Assembly: GCA_964016885.1 (NCBI GenBank)
Contig: OZ024742.1
Span: forward strand, 38,998,001-39,062,000
Direction of reading: 5' to 3'
DNA: 64,000 nt
Source: Eledone cirrhosa
Lineage: Eukaryota
The notes below the pieces were generated by a model. The model did not search any database, had not been told where the DNA came from, and saw only the letters and a program-made list of their open reading frames with translations. The translations under genes were made by a program, and so were the position numbers. This document shows, in pieces, positions 61,401-64,000 of this stretch; position 1 is the stretch's first letter; each line of letters opens with the position of its first letter.

Positions 61401-62651
61401 CAATTCTAACGCCAACATTTGGCCTACTGAACTGGTCATTGCAAGAACTAAGTGAGATGGATGTTAGAACTCGAAAACTTCTCAGTGTTACTGGGAACTT
61501 TAACATCAATGGTGATGTGGATAGGCTATACTTCTCACGCAAGGAAGGTGGCCGGGGTCTAAAATCAATATTAACAACATATGAGACCCGGATAGTAACA
61601 CTGAAACAACACCTTCAACAGAGGAAAAAGGTTGGCAACCATCTTGCCCAGGTTTATGAGCATGAAAAAAGAAATATCATTAGAATAGCGACTGATCTGG
61701 AGGAGAGATATGGAATAAAGCCTGATATAAATCTCTCACCCAGAGAAATCGGAAGATCCTATTCAATGTTCAAACAAGATAAAAAAAATCGACCAATTTA
61801 CAGAAAAAGTTGTGCATGAATACTTGAGGCGTAAAACACAGACCATAGAGGGGATAAACCACTCAAAAAGCCTGGCATGGAGTTCCGACAAGTTTATGAC
61901 ATCACACCTTGAGGGATATCTCTATGCAATACAGGAACAAGAACTCCCTACCAAATATCTGCTGCACAAAAGAGGAGGGCCAGCAGCTGACAATAAATGT
62001 AGGCTATGTAAAACAAAGATCGAGGATGTAAGCCACATTGTTGCCAGCTGCGAAAGAATGTCATCTCGCTACTACCTCCCCATGAGACACGATGGGATAG
62101 CTAGAACCATCTGGAACGCACTTCGGAAAACAAAATTAACAACAAACGAGGAAGAATATATTGAGACAGATGGCACTAAGGAATACTGGTGGAACCTGAA
62201 AATAAAAACTGCCACCAAATTAAAGCACAACCGGCCTGATATTGTAGTTTGGGACCACACATTGAAAACGTGTTCTGTTGTGGAGCTCAGCTGCCCACTT
62301 GATGTAAACGTTGTCAGAAAAATACAGGAGAAGGAGGACATCTACGGACCATTGATGAGGAGTTTACAAATCCAGTATCCAAGATACACCTTTAGCTTCA
62401 TACCCATCATTATTGGTGCTACGGGTTATATACCAACCCGCTTGGACCAAAGTATGACTGAACTTGGATTTGCGGACAAAAAGCGCAGCTCCCTAATTCA
62501 TAGTCTACAAATGGCTGCGATAGCTGGCACCTTCAAAATTTGCAAAACATTCTTGCGATTCAAGGGATGATAATTTCTTTTCTTTTACAACCTTGCCACC
62601 AGGAAGGTGGCCGGTCAAAAAAATATACTCGAAATTAAGAGAAAGAGAAAA
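58453..62651 (+). mobile_element. Apparently full-length R4/Dong-like RLE non-LTR retrotransposon in (ACAT)n
   Basis: Single ORF with two frameshifts; 5' UTR has a ~140-bp imperfect duplication (58582/58722); (CATA)n on both flanks. Confidence 0.88.
59061..62570 (+). pseudogene. RT + CCHC + restriction-like endonuclease ORF, frameshifted near 60650 and 61800
   Basis: SPGPDLITGYWLK, NYRPIAC, WLDYQKAFDSVPH, GIFQGDSLS, FVDDLK, CRLC..H...C, RHD, RPDIVVWD..VELSCP. Confidence 0.92.
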
Positions 62652-62831
62652 CATGCATACATACATACATACATACATACATACATACATACATACATAC
62701 ATACATACATACATACATACATACATACATACATACATACATACGTACATACATACAACTGGCTTCTGCACTTTCCATTCAAATATCACTCGTAAGGCAT
62801 TGGATTTATATCTTTTCTACCTACTTAACAT

Positions 62832-63085
62832 CTGACTGATAAAATGACAAGTCAGTCAATCATATTGGTGGCCTCCCACAGCCCTGGCGGACAGAACGGA
62901 GAAGGCACCTCCCCGGAGGACGGCAAGGGAGACGCACCAGAAAAACCATTCCAGCTCGCGATGCCTACACCCACGGCCGACCAGCCCAGCTCCTATGGTG
63001 GCGAGTAGGGAGGCAGCCCTAGGGCCGAGGACACCAGAATTCTCCACTGCCAAGGGCACAACCACAAACCTGTCGGAGAGCGACC
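62832..63085 (-). mobile_element. CRE-like 3' fragment
   Basis: VVPLAVENSGVLGPRAASLL...SLAVLRGGAF; similar to ~30250-30505. Confidence 0.7.
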
Positions 63086-63217
63086 GGTCCCGAGGCTAGA
63101 GCAGAAGTGACTTGCACAATGTGCCACGAAGCGTGACTGAACCATGTGGTTGCGAAACAATGTGGTTGCGAACCATGTGGTTGCGAAACAAACTCCTTAA
63201 CCACACAGACCTGCCGG
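63086..63217 (-). mobile_element. CORE-like SINE fragment with a triplicated 16-mer
   Basis: Minus strand ctgtgtggttaagg...(ttcgcaaccacatgg)x3...gtggcacattgtgcaagtcacttct. Confidence 0.55.
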
Positions 63218-63563
63218 TATCTAAAAATAAATACATCATAATTTACAGGTTTAGCTTGTTTTGTTGGAGAGGGGTACAATCCTAACAGACTCATTGCCCC
63301 AGTTTACTAAACGATTTCTTTATAATTGAACAGTTTTAATCTATATAAGCTATTAACAGTAGACCGTCTATGTTTTCTAGCCGAATATGTCATTAGTGAA
63401 CAATATCTTCATACTGTTGGTAACATTTCTGTGGGGCGGCGATGGAAATCTGGCGCATCTGGTTCAAGTATTTTGTTATAATCAGAGATAACATTTCTTC
63501 TGAATCATAATATCATTGAATATTAATTCAAATTTTCTTATTAGAATCTCTGATGTACGAGCG

Positions 63564-64000
<437 letters not shown>

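Overview
Eukaryotic, repeat-saturated animal DNA; the SINE types and the (AT)n/(ACAT)n/(CA)n load suggest a cephalopod such as Octopus (inference). No intact host gene is recognisable. The window holds four long frameshifted non-LTR retrotransposons: two L1/Tx1-like (393-6277 and ~44178-49811, minus), one RTE (~51950-55885, minus) and one R4/Dong-like RLE element (58453-62651, plus). It also holds CRE-like and mariner remnants, tRNA-derived SINEs, a ~605-bp non-autonomous RTE derivative and a 19.6-kb 52-bp satellite built from a SINE head. The main finding is a 4.6-kb array of near-identical 310-bp non-coding units (36829-41465). Each unit carries a type I hammerhead ribozyme fold, and the array forms two divergent blocks inside an (AT)n tract (retrozyme / Penelope-pseudo-LTR-like). 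Several unrelated (AT)n-embedded inverted-repeat elements nearby also carry hammerhead-like folds, one with a variant core. All RNA folds were paired by eye and none has been tested.
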